From an uncultured Clostridium sp. (GTDB taxonomy: Bacteria > Bacillota > Clostridia > Acetivibrionales > DSM-1351): a DNA stretch of 49,627 nt. The stretch spans positions 1 to 49,627 of the forward strand of contig CAYQCA010000005.1 of assembly GCA_964415835.1 (NCBI GenBank). The letters are read 5' to 3'. This document shows, piece by piece, positions 30,974 through 40,838 of this stretch; positions within the stretch are counted from its first letter, which is position 1; each line of letters opens with the position of its first letter. The position numbers were made by a program, and so were the translations under genes. The notes under the pieces are model-generated. The model was not told where the DNA came from and ran no database searches. It saw nothing but the letters and a program-made list of their open reading frames with translations.

Positions 30974-32590
30974 CTAGCACCTTCCCCTGAATTCCTTTGG
31001 AGTGATACCATACGCAAGTTTGAACTGCTTAATAAAAGAATTCACATTAGAATACCCTATTGCATCTGATACTTGATAAGTACGAAGTAACGTTGTTTTT
31101 AAAAGTTCCTGAGCCTTTTTCAACCTATATTCGGTAAGATATTCGCTAAACCCTTTTCCTGTCTCTTTTTTGAATAACACACCTAAATGATTTTGAGAAT
31201 AATACAATTCATTTGCAATTTCTTTAATGGTTATATCTTCATTGAATTTTTCTTCAATATATTTTAATACAAAATCCACAGCTTTATTAGATTTTTTATT
31301 TATTTTACTTTCAATAACCTTCTCAAATATCTCTTTCATCCTACTACAGATATCTTGAATTGTATCAAACTTAAGAATATTATTCCAATTAATCAATTCA
31401 TACTCTAACTCATCATCCAAACTTTCATTATTTGCAAAAAGATAATTTTGAACTTGGCAAATAATATTTATACAACAGTTCTGGATGTATTTAATATTAT
31501 AAATATTGTAAGATCTTATATTGTTAAAAAAATAATCTAAGAGATGTAGTGCTTTCTGTTTATCTGAATTTTGCAGACATTTTATAAGTTCTTTATTAAT
31601 TCTAATAAATTCAGAATTCTTTAGATACTCTATATTCTGATTCTGGGATATACTGAGTTCAGAAATAACTGTACCTTTACCTAATATTAATTTTTGCAGC
31701 ATCTTTTCACAAGCGTCATCGTACGATTGATAAATCTCTCCAACCTTCAGAACAGATTTCCCTATAGAAACTGTAATACTTTTTCCCAGTTCGTTTTCTG
31801 TTTCCGACAAAATATTTTTAGCAATATTAAGTATAGTATCATTTTGAGTATTTTCCTGAATAAAGCTATTAAAGCTCAACAAAACAGCTCCTCTTCCATT
31901 TCCAATACAAATACCCTGTTTGTAGCAAATATTATATTTTTCTATGTTTATATTGCATAAAATATCATCCAACTTTTTTTCTATAGCTTTCTTTTCATTT
32001 TCATTTTCTATGAAAAGATAATCATCTACTTCAAAAAGAATGATATTATATATTCCTTCTTGAATTTCTAAATGCAGATTATTGATTTTCTGCCAAATAT
32101 CCGTATTGTCTATTGTTCCATAAATAAGATCTATAAGAAATTTTCTTTTCATAATAGGGATGCTTTCACTTACGATCTGCCTGAGTACAACATCCTCTTC
32201 CTTTACCAGTTTATCATTACTTATTTTTGAGATAACTCTATTAAGAACTTCCTTTATCTCATTGTCATCTACAGGTTTAAGAATATATTCAAATGCCTCA
32301 AGCTTAATTGCACTTTTCAGAAACTCAAAATCATCATAACCACTTATAAAAATAATATTTATATCAGGTATGCTTGTCTTAATTTTGGATGCTAATTCAA
32401 TTCCATTCATACCAGGCATATTAATATCTGAGATTAAAATATCCGGACTGAATGAGTTCAATTTATCCATAGCCTCAAATCCACTAAAAACTGTTTCAAC
32501 AACAAGATTATCACCATGCTCGCTTTTAATAGATTCTTTTATGCCTTCATTATCTAAATACTCATCTTCTGCTATTAAAACCCTGATCAT
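30974..32590 (-). CDS. YesN-type response regulator (REC + AraC HTH)
   Basis: DINMPGMNG, SGYDDF, YILKP; C-terminal FKKETG..F.EYL...GY....F...FK...G.TP. Confidence 0.94.
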   Translation of the reverse strand: MIRVLIAEDEYLDNEGIKESIKSEHGDNLVVETVFSGFEAMDKLNSFSPDILISDINMPGMNGIELASKIKTSIPDINIIFISGYDDFEFLKSAIKLEAFEYILKPVDDNEIKEVLNRVISKISNDKLVKEEDVVLRQIVSESIPIMKRKFLIDLIYGTIDNTDIWQKINNLHLEIQEGIYNIILFEVDDYLFIENENEKKAIEKKLDDILCNINIEKYNICYKQGICIGNGRGAVLLSFNSFIQENTQNDTILNIAKNILSETENELGKSITVSIGKSVLKVGEIYQSYDDACEKMLQKLILGKGTVISELSISQNQNIEYLKNSEFIRINKELIKCLQNSDKQKALHLLDYFFNNIRSYNIYNIKYIQNCCINIICQVQNYLFANNESLDDELEYELINWNNILKFDTIQDICSRMKEIFEKVIESKINKKSNKAVDFVLKYIEEKFNEDITIKEIANELYYSQNHLGVLFKKETGKGFSEYLTEYRLKKAQELLKTTLLRTYQVSDAIGYSNVNSFIKQFKLAYGITPKEFRGRC

Positions 32591-32626
32591 ATTTACCCCC
32601 ATTTTTATATAATGTTGGTGAAACCT

Positions 32627-32663
32627 TCAAAGCCTATACTCTTTTTAAACGTATAGGCTTTGA
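32627..32663 (-). other. Intercistronic hairpin between the SBP gene and the regulator
   Basis: 13-bp stem TCAAAGCCTATAC / GTATAGGCTTTGA with no strong U-tract. Confidence 0.6.
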
Positions 32664-32689
32664 CAATCTTATTTAATTTTAATAATAAG

Positions 32690-34396
32690 TTATTTACTGT
32701 TCATCTTGGCTACATTTGCTTGCCATTTTTCATTTTTAATTTTCTCTAATTTTTCAAACCCTGCGTCATACACTTTTTTAATTGTATCTTCAATAAGGGC
32801 TTTTGCTTCAGCTTCGCTCTTTGCCAATGCTATTTTAAGATATTGATTATCTGATGTTTGTTTTATCATTTCCTCCAGGACTCCTTCTTCAGATGAAGGG
32901 TCAGGTGAAATATCCTCATATTGAGTATTATTAATAGAGTGCGGCCACGTTATTTTGCTTTGAGCATTAATTACCCAGTCTTGTTTTTCTGCAGGTAATC
33001 TATTGTTTCCGGCTACCTTTGCAAAATCTACAAAGTCTGCAAAGCCAGGATTTGTATATGTTTCAAAACCAACTCTATTCTGTTCTTCAGTAGACAATTC
33101 ATATCTTGATTTTGTAAATATCGGATAACCATTTTGATCCAATTCATTCCAAATTTCACCTTTTGGTCCGTTAAAAGTGATAAGCTGTCCTTCATCAGAG
33201 AATACCCAGTCAAAGTATGCATGTATTCTTTCTGGATCTTTTGCATTTTTAGTAATACAAATTACATTCCATCCCATTGTACTATAGGAGGATGTCCAAA
33301 CTTTATCCTGAGCTACACCTTCTGTTGAAAATGGTTCTACTGTTACATAATCACCTGCTGGATCTGCAGCCTTCCAAGATTGTCTTCCCTTAGCAACCGG
33401 ATCAACCATATCAGCACCGGAGCAGAATAGGCCAACTCTTCCATTTGCGAGTTTCTCTTCCATTTGATCAGTTTTCTCGATGAAAACATCTGAATTAATT
33501 AAGCCTTCTCTATAGAGTTTATTAACATATAATAATGTATTAACCCATTTAGCATCATTTAAGTAGTATGTTAACTTACCATCTACATTTGATAGATAAT
33601 GAGGATTAAGCCCAGGATTATAATCTCCAAATGCAGACCGGAAAATAAATTTATCAAGAGGGCTATCACATCTTGTATCTCCCTGGAACGGAACTATATC
33701 TTTTCCATCCACCTTAATACCACTCTCTTTAATTTTTAGTAAATAATTGTATAGCTCATCCAATGTTTCAAGTTTTGGAGAACCCAATTCCTTATAAATC
33801 TTAGTATTTAAAGCATATCCGCCATTTCCCATCGGATGATTTTCTGAAGTAGCCCAGTTAAGCATTCCATAAAGCTTACCATCTTGTCTATACGCATTTA
33901 ATGTTTGATCGGAAATCTTTGATTTATAGGCTGGATACTTTTCAATATAATCATCAATAGCAACTAAGCTCCCTGACTGAATTACCTTTTTCCAGTCTGC
34001 TCCCCTATCCATTACAAGTACATCCGGTAAACTTTTGCTTGCAATTAAAACATTAAGTTTTTCTTTTGGATCACCTTCGGAACCAACTTGATTAATTTTA
34101 ACATTAAAAGTTTTTTCTATGTACTTACTTACTTCATCTTCCCCCCATGCATAACTATTCGTCGGTGTCCACCAGTCATACATCCACATCATTGAAAATT
34201 CCAGAGGTGAATTTGGATAGACAAATTTACCGTCTTTCATTCCACATGTTTCAGTAGTAATCACTTGGGTATCCACCGAATTCGCTGCAGAGGTACTACT
34301 TTCAGTTGTCTGATCCTTACTGCCGCAACCTGCCATAGTACCCATAAAGATACTTAATGCAACAGTAATACTAAAAGCTTTAAACCATCGATTCAT
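32690..34396 (-). CDS. Carbohydrate ABC transporter solute-binding lipoprotein (LplA-like)
   Basis: Lipobox MAG-C after a signal peptide, AAGGAGG RBS, about 570-aa SBP; start set to ATG 34396. Confidence 0.92.
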   Translation of the reverse strand: MNRWFKAFSITVALSIFMGTMAGCGSKDQTTESSTSAANSVDTQVITTETCGMKDGKFVYPNSPLEFSMMWMYDWWTPTNSYAWGEDEVSKYIEKTFNVKINQVGSEGDPKEKLNVLIASKSLPDVLVMDRGADWKKVIQSGSLVAIDDYIEKYPAYKSKISDQTLNAYRQDGKLYGMLNWATSENHPMGNGGYALNTKIYKELGSPKLETLDELYNYLLKIKESGIKVDGKDIVPFQGDTRCDSPLDKFIFRSAFGDYNPGLNPHYLSNVDGKLTYYLNDAKWVNTLLYVNKLYREGLINSDVFIEKTDQMEEKLANGRVGLFCSGADMVDPVAKGRQSWKAADPAGDYVTVEPFSTEGVAQDKVWTSSYSTMGWNVICITKNAKDPERIHAYFDWVFSDEGQLITFNGPKGEIWNELDQNGYPIFTKSRYELSTEEQNRVGFETYTNPGFADFVDFAKVAGNNRLPAEKQDWVINAQSKITWPHSINNTQYEDISPDPSSEEGVLEEMIKQTSDNQYLKIALAKSEAEAKALIEDTIKKVYDAGFEKLEKIKNEKWQANVAKMNSK

Positions 34397-34457
34397 TTTT
34401 TTCCTCCTTAAAATTATTATACTATATAAAATACCAAAATAAAGATATTTTGATATT

Positions 34458-35342
34458 TTAACCCTTAATTGAGCCAATCATTATTCCTTTTTCAAAATAC
34501 TTCTGTAAGAACGGATACACCATAAATATTGGTATCATCGAAACCAGCATTGTTGCCATATTAATAGATTTAACTGTTACTCCCTTAAATTTATTAACCA
34601 TTGATGCTGCAGAACCAGCCTTGGACAAGGTTTGATTCATAGAATTTGAATTAATTATTCTAATAAGAATATTTTGCAGAGGCAAGAACTCTTCATTTGT
34701 CATATAAATATATGCATCAAACCATTCATTCCAGTGCCACACAGCATTAAATAACGCTATAGTAGCAAGCATCGGCATTGATATTGGCAGAATAATACTA
34801 AAAAGTATCTTAAATTGACCTGCTCCATCTATCTTTGCAGACTCTTCCAACGCCTCAGGAAGCTGTTTAAAATATGTCATAATAATAATTACATTAAACA
34901 CACTTACTAAATTTGGTATTATATAGACCCAAAAGCTATTAATCAAACCAAGCTTATATATCAACATATATGATGGAATAAGTCCTCCGGAAAAGTACAT
35001 AGATACTATACATATGCCCATATATAATTTCTTGCCTTTTAATGTTTTTTTTGACAATCCATATGCCAGCACTGAAGTTGCAAATAAGCTGGAAATAGTA
35101 CCTACTGCAGTTCTTAAAATTGTAATTCCAAAGGAATGTAATATACTATCGTTCTTAAAAATAACTATATAATTTTGAAGCGTAAACTTTCTTGGAAAAA
35201 CTGTTATTCCACCACGCATAGTATCCAAGCCTTCATTCAATGAAATTGCAGCTGTGTTTATAATTGGATATAATGTAACTATGGCTAATAATGTCAGTAT
35301 AATAAAATTAACTATGTCGAACACATATATTTTCTTTTTCAC
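34458..35342 (-). CDS. Carbohydrate ABC transporter permease (LplC/MalG-like)
   Basis: EESAKIDGA (EAA loop), FSGGLIP, YPFLQKYF.KG. Confidence 0.94.
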   Translation of the reverse strand: MKKKIYVFDIVNFIILTLLAIVTLYPIINTAAISLNEGLDTMRGGITVFPRKFTLQNYIVIFKNDSILHSFGITILRTAVGTISSLFATSVLAYGLSKKTLKGKKLYMGICIVSMYFSGGLIPSYMLIYKLGLINSFWVYIIPNLVSVFNVIIIMTYFKQLPEALEESAKIDGAGQFKILFSIILPISMPMLATIALFNAVWHWNEWFDAYIYMTNEEFLPLQNILIRIINSNSMNQTLSKAGSAASMVNKFKGVTVKSINMATMLVSMIPIFMVYPFLQKYFEKGIMIGSIKG

Positions 35343-35370
35343 TTAATTTTCCCCCATTGAAAGTTTATTT

Positions 35371-36339
35371 TTACCATAAACTATCCTCTCCGACTTTTCT
35401 TGAGAAATAGTTTGCAAACGTTAAAAGTGCTACTGAAAGTACAGCCTTGAAAATACCAACTGCTGTGGAATAAGAATATCTCCAAAGCTGAATACCCATT
35501 TTATAAACATAAGTATCTATTATTTCTGAAGATTCAATTATCATTTGATTTTTAAGATTATTTGTCAGCGGCATAATTTGTTCAAATCCTGCATTTACAA
35601 TATTACTAATATCTAATATTAGGATTATAACTATAGTTGACTTTATCCCTGCAAGAGTGATATGCCATATTTTTGAAAATCTGCCTGCTCCATCAATATC
35701 AGCTGCCTCATACAATTCAGTATCTATTGCTGCTATTGCCGCTATGAATATAATGGAATTAAATCCAACTTCCTTCCATATTGCAGATATAACTGTTATG
35801 CCCCAGAAATAGTTAGGATCACCAAAAAACATTATTGGGTCCTTGATAATATTCAAATTTACCAGTATATTGTTAACTATTCCTCCATCACTTGAAAGAA
35901 GTTCGAAGAATAATCCTGAAACAACAACCCATGAAATAAAATGAGGCATGTATGATATTGTTTGAACTGATTTTCTAAAAGGACCAGATTTTACTTCATT
36001 AACTAAAATAGCTAGAATAATTGGTGCAGGAAATCCAAATAACAGCTTAAGTGAACTTATTCCGAACGTGTTTTTCATAATATGCCAGAAATTGTTGTCC
36101 AGAAAAAATTCTTTAAAATATTTAACTCCCACCCACTTGCTGCCACCGATAATATCACCCAGCTGATATTCTTGAAAAGCCATTATAATACCATACATAG
36201 GAATATAAGAAAATATAAGAATTAAAATTATAAAGGGTACTACCATTGCCTGTAATTCAAATTGTTCTTTATTTAGACTATATTTAATTCCTTTTCCTTT
36301 CTGACTTAATGTAGATTGTTTCACCTGTAGATTATTCAT
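35371..36339 (-). CDS. Carbohydrate ABC transporter permease (LplB-like)
   Basis: YIPMYG, PHFISWVV, LYEAADIDGA, DTYVY. Confidence 0.94.
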   Translation of the reverse strand: MNNLQVKQSTLSQKGKGIKYSLNKEQFELQAMVVPFIILILIFSYIPMYGIIMAFQEYQLGDIIGGSKWVGVKYFKEFFLDNNFWHIMKNTFGISSLKLLFGFPAPIILAILVNEVKSGPFRKSVQTISYMPHFISWVVVSGLFFELLSSDGGIVNNILVNLNIIKDPIMFFGDPNYFWGITVISAIWKEVGFNSIIFIAAIAAIDTELYEAADIDGAGRFSKIWHITLAGIKSTIVIILILDISNIVNAGFEQIMPLTNNLKNQMIIESSEIIDTYVYKMGIQLWRYSYSTAVGIFKAVLSVALLTFANYFSRKVGEDSLW

Positions 36340-36412
36340 CTAATCACTCTCTCCTATAAAGATTATTGGGTTGAAAACTATAAGTTTTATCGCTATCACA
36401 ACCTTCATCTAA

Positions 36413-36478
36413 ATTATAACGAGTATTGTAGAAACAAAAAACATGGCGGTGCAATGATTTACACTACTAAACAACGAT
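36413..36478 (-). promoter_or_regulatory. Activator-dependent promoter of the ABC operon with a direct-repeat operator
   Basis: TATAAT at 36413-36418, poor -35, CAATGAT(36452) and CAACGAT(36472) 20 bp apart. Confidence 0.6.
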
Positions 36479-36559
36479 AAGAGCTTTGGTGAATTGAATT
36501 AATTTTTTGAGCAGTATAGTATTATTTATGAAGTTAAATTCGCTTATAAAGGAGGCTTT

Positions 36560-38449
36560 ATGAAAAAAATCAACTTAAATTTTTATGAAAACCAGACAGA
36601 TTTAAATGATGGAATTAATGCTTTTTCTTCTCATTTTGGCTTTAGTGTTTGCAAGTCAGGTATATTAATAAATGTACATAATACAGAAGATACTTTTTCT
36701 GTTTCATTTGATGGGACTTCCGGAGAAATAACCTATACAAGCAAACATCAATTTTTTATGGGATTAGGAGTTATTCTAAATGCTATACAATCCGAAAATA
36801 AACTTTGCATACAATATGATCCAAAGTTTAAAACTCTTGGTGCAGTCCTGGATTGCTCTCGTAATGGCGCACTTTTAATTCATCGAATAAAAAATATTAT
36901 TATTTCTATTGCCGCCATGGGAATGAACGTTCTAATGCTTTATACCGAAGATTTGTACCATATTGAAGGTGAACCTTACTTTGGATATATGAGAGGAAGG
37001 TACACTGATGAAGATCTGAAGGAAATAGATGATTATGCTTTTACGTTTGGTATAGAAGTAATCCCCTGTATTCAAACCCTGGCTCATCTTGAACAATTCC
37101 TGAAGTGGGATTCTTCGAGTCACTACAAGGATAATGACTCTGTGCTATTAGTTGGCTCGGAAGAAACTTATGCTTTGATTGAAAAGATGGTTTGCTCAAT
37201 GACTTCATCTTTCAGAACCAAAAGAATTCATATTGGCATGGATGAAGCTTTTGGGTTGGGCAGAGGTAATTACCTAGACGAAAATGGTTATCAGCCTTCT
37301 TTTGAAATTATGCATAAACATTTAAGCAGAGTACTGGAAATAACCAGAAAGTATAATCTAGAGCCTATGATGTGGAGTGATATGTTTTTCACATCATTTT
37401 CTGCTACAAACGACTATTATGATCTTGATTCCAAGATTCCGGATGAAATAGCAGACAGAATACCTAAAGATGTAACACTGGTTTATTGGGATTATTATCA
37501 TAATGATCAGCATTCCTATGAAAGTATGATAAATAAGCATTTAGAGTTAGGGCGTATTCCTTCATATGCAGGTGGTGTCTGGACGTGGACAGGTTTCTGT
37601 ACCAACTATGGCAGGACTTTTAGCACTGCAGATGCTGCTCTTGCCGCATGCTGCAAAACTGGTGTGGAGGAAGTCTTTGCTACAATGTGGGGGGATGACG
37701 GAACAGAAAACAATTACTTTTGCGCTCTGCTGGGTTTGCAATATTACGCCGAGTATAACTATAATAGCGATTTAAATCCGGAAACTTTGCGTGAAAGAAC
37801 TAATTTTTGTACAGGCATGGATTTTGACGCCTTCATGGATATTAGCTCCTTCGATGAAGTACCATCAGTACCTAAATCAAATCCTAACTCGGTTAATCCT
37901 TCCAAGTACCTGTTATGGCAAGATCCTCTTCTTGGCCTTTTTGACAAACACGCTACTGATGATTTAACTGAGCACTATACCAAATTAGAGCAGAAAATGT
38001 CCTTGTACAGAACTTCCTGCAATCCTGCTCTAGCTGATATTTTGTTCTTCTATGAAAAGCTGGCAAACGTTTTAAAGGATAAAGCCTTACTTGGAGTCAA
38101 AATACATGGTTTGTATCATCAAAATGATATAACAAAGCTTGTGGAATTAGTTAAAGAACAGCTACCTTCCCTCATTAAACGTGTTGAGCTTTTGAGGATA
38201 GCACACCAAAAAGCATGGTTTCAAACCTATAAGCCCTTTGGATGGGAGGTTCTGGATTTGCGATATGGAGGTCTTATCAGCAGGCTCTACTCCACCATAC
38301 AAAGGCTAGATGACTATATTAATAACAGTATTTCTGTCATTGAGGAGCTTGAGGAAAAGAGATTACCTTTCTTGACAAGCGAAGATGACAGTTGTGTTTA
38401 TATTAACTGTGAAAGATATTCCAGAATAGTAACTCCAAATGCGATTTAA
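36560..38449 (+). CDS. GH20 beta-N-acetylhexosaminidase (cytoplasmic)
   Basis: LDCSRN, LYTED, PCIQTLAH, catalytic HIGMDE, MMWSD, WGDDG; no signal peptide. Confidence 0.9.
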   Translation: MKKINLNFYENQTDLNDGINAFSSHFGFSVCKSGILINVHNTEDTFSVSFDGTSGEITYTSKHQFFMGLGVILNAIQSENKLCIQYDPKFKTLGAVLDCSRNGALLIHRIKNIIISIAAMGMNVLMLYTEDLYHIEGEPYFGYMRGRYTDEDLKEIDDYAFTFGIEVIPCIQTLAHLEQFLKWDSSSHYKDNDSVLLVGSEETYALIEKMVCSMTSSFRTKRIHIGMDEAFGLGRGNYLDENGYQPSFEIMHKHLSRVLEITRKYNLEPMMWSDMFFTSFSATNDYYDLDSKIPDEIADRIPKDVTLVYWDYYHNDQHSYESMINKHLELGRIPSYAGGVWTWTGFCTNYGRTFSTADAALAACCKTGVEEVFATMWGDDGTENNYFCALLGLQYYAEYNYNSDLNPETLRERTNFCTGMDFDAFMDISSFDEVPSVPKSNPNSVNPSKYLLWQDPLLGLFDKHATDDLTEHYTKLEQKMSLYRTSCNPALADILFFYEKLANVLKDKALLGVKIHGLYHQNDITKLVELVKEQLPSLIKRVELLRIAHQKAWFQTYKPFGWEVLDLRYGGLISRLYSTIQRLDDYINNSISVIEELEEKRLPFLTSEDDSCVYINCERYSRIVTPNAI

Positions 38450-38476
38450 TATAAAAATATGAAAGGATGAAGTGTA

Positions 38477-39793
38477 ATGAAAGAATTCAAAATAGCAATA
38501 ATAGGTGCTGGTAGCAGCTACACCCCTGAACTGATTGAGGGGATCATCAAACGTAAGGATGTTCTTTTTATTAAAGAAATAGCGCTGGTTGATATTGAAA
38601 TGGGAAAAAATAAGCTTGACATCATATGCTCATTGACCAAAAGAATGATTGAAAAAGCCCAACTAAATATAAAAGTTACAGCTACGCTGGATAGAAGAAG
38701 CGCTCTAGTCGATTGTTCTTATGTTATAACTCAAATAAGAGTAGGAGGACTGGATGCTAGAGAGAGAGATGAAAAAATTCCACTTAAATATGGATTAATC
38801 GGTCAGGAGACAACCGGCTTGGGCGGATTTGCTAAAGCACTCCGAACTGTTCCTGTTATACTTGCTATTGCAAAAGATATGGAAGAGTTATGTCCGAATG
38901 CCTTTTTAATTAACTTCACAAATCCGTCTGGTATAGTTACTGAAGCAGTAAATAAGCATTCCAAAATTAGATGTATAGGCTTATGTAATGTCCCTATAAA
39001 TATGGAAAGAGGTATTTCCGAACATCTTGGAGTTTCTCATAAGGATATTTTTTGTCAATTCGTAGGCCTGAACCATTTAAGTTGGGTTAAAAAGGTTTAT
39101 GTTCACGGTGAAGATAAAATAGAACAGCTTCTTCAAGAAAAAGTTTTTCAAGAAAGCATAGTAAAGAATATATCAGACGTTGATGGAATGGGAGAATTAA
39201 GTAGAAGAATTGGTATGATTCCCTCACCTTATCTTGGCTACTATTATTTTGAACAAGAAAGATTGCAAGAAGAATTAGAAGATGTTGAAAGCGGTGAAGG
39301 TACCAGAGCTATGCAAGTAAAACAAATTGAAAAAGAGCTCTTTGAAATTTATGCTAATCCAGAATTAAAGGATAAGCCAAAGCAGCTTGAAGAAAGAGGC
39401 GGTGCATTATATTCAGAGGTTGCAATCTCAATACTTGAAAGTATCCATAATAATTTGAATAAAGTCATAGTAGCAAATGTACGAAATAACGGTGCTATAG
39501 AAGGTCTGCCTGATGACTATATTGTCGAAACAAATTGTATAGTTAATAGTGCCGGCGCATTCCCGATTGCCAGTGGTATTATCCCTACACTTGCTCTGCC
39601 ACTGATTACTACCATTAAAACCTATGAACAATATACAATCAAGGCAGCTGTTTCCGGTAACCGTGATGATGCCTTTAGAGCCTTGCTATGTCATCCACTA
39701 ATCCATGGGGCGACAAATGCTGCTGCCCTTCTAGAGGACGTCTTAACTGCAAATCATGAATACCTACCAGCCTTTTTTACAAAGGAGGAGTAG
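38477..39793 (+). CDS. GH4 6-phospho-beta-glucosidase-like
   Basis: IGAGSSYTPEL, QIRVGG, GQETTG.GG, NFTNPSG, GLCNVP, GLNH, RGGALYS. Confidence 0.93.
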   Translation: MKEFKIAIIGAGSSYTPELIEGIIKRKDVLFIKEIALVDIEMGKNKLDIICSLTKRMIEKAQLNIKVTATLDRRSALVDCSYVITQIRVGGLDARERDEKIPLKYGLIGQETTGLGGFAKALRTVPVILAIAKDMEELCPNAFLINFTNPSGIVTEAVNKHSKIRCIGLCNVPINMERGISEHLGVSHKDIFCQFVGLNHLSWVKKVYVHGEDKIEQLLQEKVFQESIVKNISDVDGMGELSRRIGMIPSPYLGYYYFEQERLQEELEDVESGEGTRAMQVKQIEKELFEIYANPELKDKPKQLEERGGALYSEVAISILESIHNNLNKVIVANVRNNGAIEGLPDDYIVETNCIVNSAGAFPIASGIIPTLALPLITTIKTYEQYTIKAAVSGNRDDAFRALLCHPLIHGATNAAALLEDVLTANHEYLPAFFTKEE

Positions 39794-39795
39794 TG

Positions 39796-40764
39796 ATGAG
39801 ATATTTTGCGGGTATTGACGGGGGCGGAACAAAAACACACTGTATGATTTGTGATGAAAATGGGACTATTGTGGGGGAAGGTAAGGCAGGAGCATCAAAC
39901 TATCAGGTAGTCGGTTCAGAGAGTAGTAGAAATGAAATTGAGAAAGCCTTTTTATCTGCATTATCTCATTCTTCATTACATATAAGCCAAATAGCCTTTG
40001 CTTTTTTAGGGCTTTCAGGGGCTGATGAACCTTATGATATAAAACAATTCGATTTAATATGCAAAAAAATATTTAATCCTATCCCCTTTAAAATAGTGAA
40101 CGATGTATGGATTTGTTTAAGTAGTGCATTAAGACAAAAATGGGGTGTAGTATCTATTTGTGGTACAGGCTTTAATGCTGCTGCAAGAAACATTGACGGA
40201 AAAGAAGTCATTTTGAGGGCAGAGGGATATGAGTTAGGTAATCTTGGTGGCGGAGATCAATTGTCAAGAATTGCGCTTCATTATGCTTTCAGAGCTGATG
40301 AAGGCACCGGACAGAAAACCTTGCTGCAGACTGAAATACCAAAAGCATTAGGTTTTCCTGGCATGAGTATGCTTTTTTCAGCCTTCAGGCAGTCAGAAGA
40401 ATTAATGGAAGAAAATCTGTGTAAAATACCCCCTCTTGTATTTAAGCTAGCTGCACGAAGAGATTCTGTATGTCAAAACATATTAATTAATTTTGGAAAT
40501 ACCATGGGAGAAGAAATATGTGGGGTGATAAAACGAAATGGTCTGGAGGACAGTAACTTTCCCATTGTATTAGGCGGTAGTATATACAATGATCATAGCT
40601 GTCCACTTTTAATAGATGCATTAATTACCAAAATCCATCAAACTGCTCAAAATGCATATATTGTCTTTCCAAAACGTCCTCCGGTCACTGGTGCATTAAT
40701 CTGTTCACTAGAGGAAGCTGGTATTATATCAAATGATACCATTTACAATAATATTGGGATTTAG
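39796..40764 (+). CDS. BadF/BadG/BcrA/BcrD-type sugar kinase (GlcNAc/GlcN/MurNAc kinase-like)
   Basis: GIDGGGTKT, GLSGAD, VND, ICGTG, VLGGS. Confidence 0.85.
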   Translation: MRYFAGIDGGGTKTHCMICDENGTIVGEGKAGASNYQVVGSESSRNEIEKAFLSALSHSSLHISQIAFAFLGLSGADEPYDIKQFDLICKKIFNPIPFKIVNDVWICLSSALRQKWGVVSICGTGFNAAARNIDGKEVILRAEGYELGNLGGGDQLSRIALHYAFRADEGTGQKTLLQTEIPKALGFPGMSMLFSAFRQSEELMEENLCKIPPLVFKLAARRDSVCQNILINFGNTMGEEICGVIKRNGLEDSNFPIVLGGSIYNDHSCPLLIDALITKIHQTAQNAYIVFPKRPPVTGALICSLEEAGIISNDTIYNNIGI

Positions 40765-40769
40765 ATTTC

Positions 40770-40818
40770 ATCGAAAAGCAGGCAGAGCCTTTTATATGGG
40801 CTCTGCCTGTTTTTCGAT
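40770..40818. terminator. Bidirectional terminator
   Basis: About 20-bp stem ATCGAAAAGCAGGCAGAGCC / GGCTCTGCCTGTTTTTCGAT between convergent genes. Confidence 0.85.
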
Positions 40819-40838
40819 AGCCTTTCTAAGTTACTTAA

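Noticed and set aside
32690-36339. ABC importer with no ATPase gene
   Set aside because: Firmicute carbohydrate ABC systems commonly share an MsmX/MsmK-type ATPase encoded elsewhere
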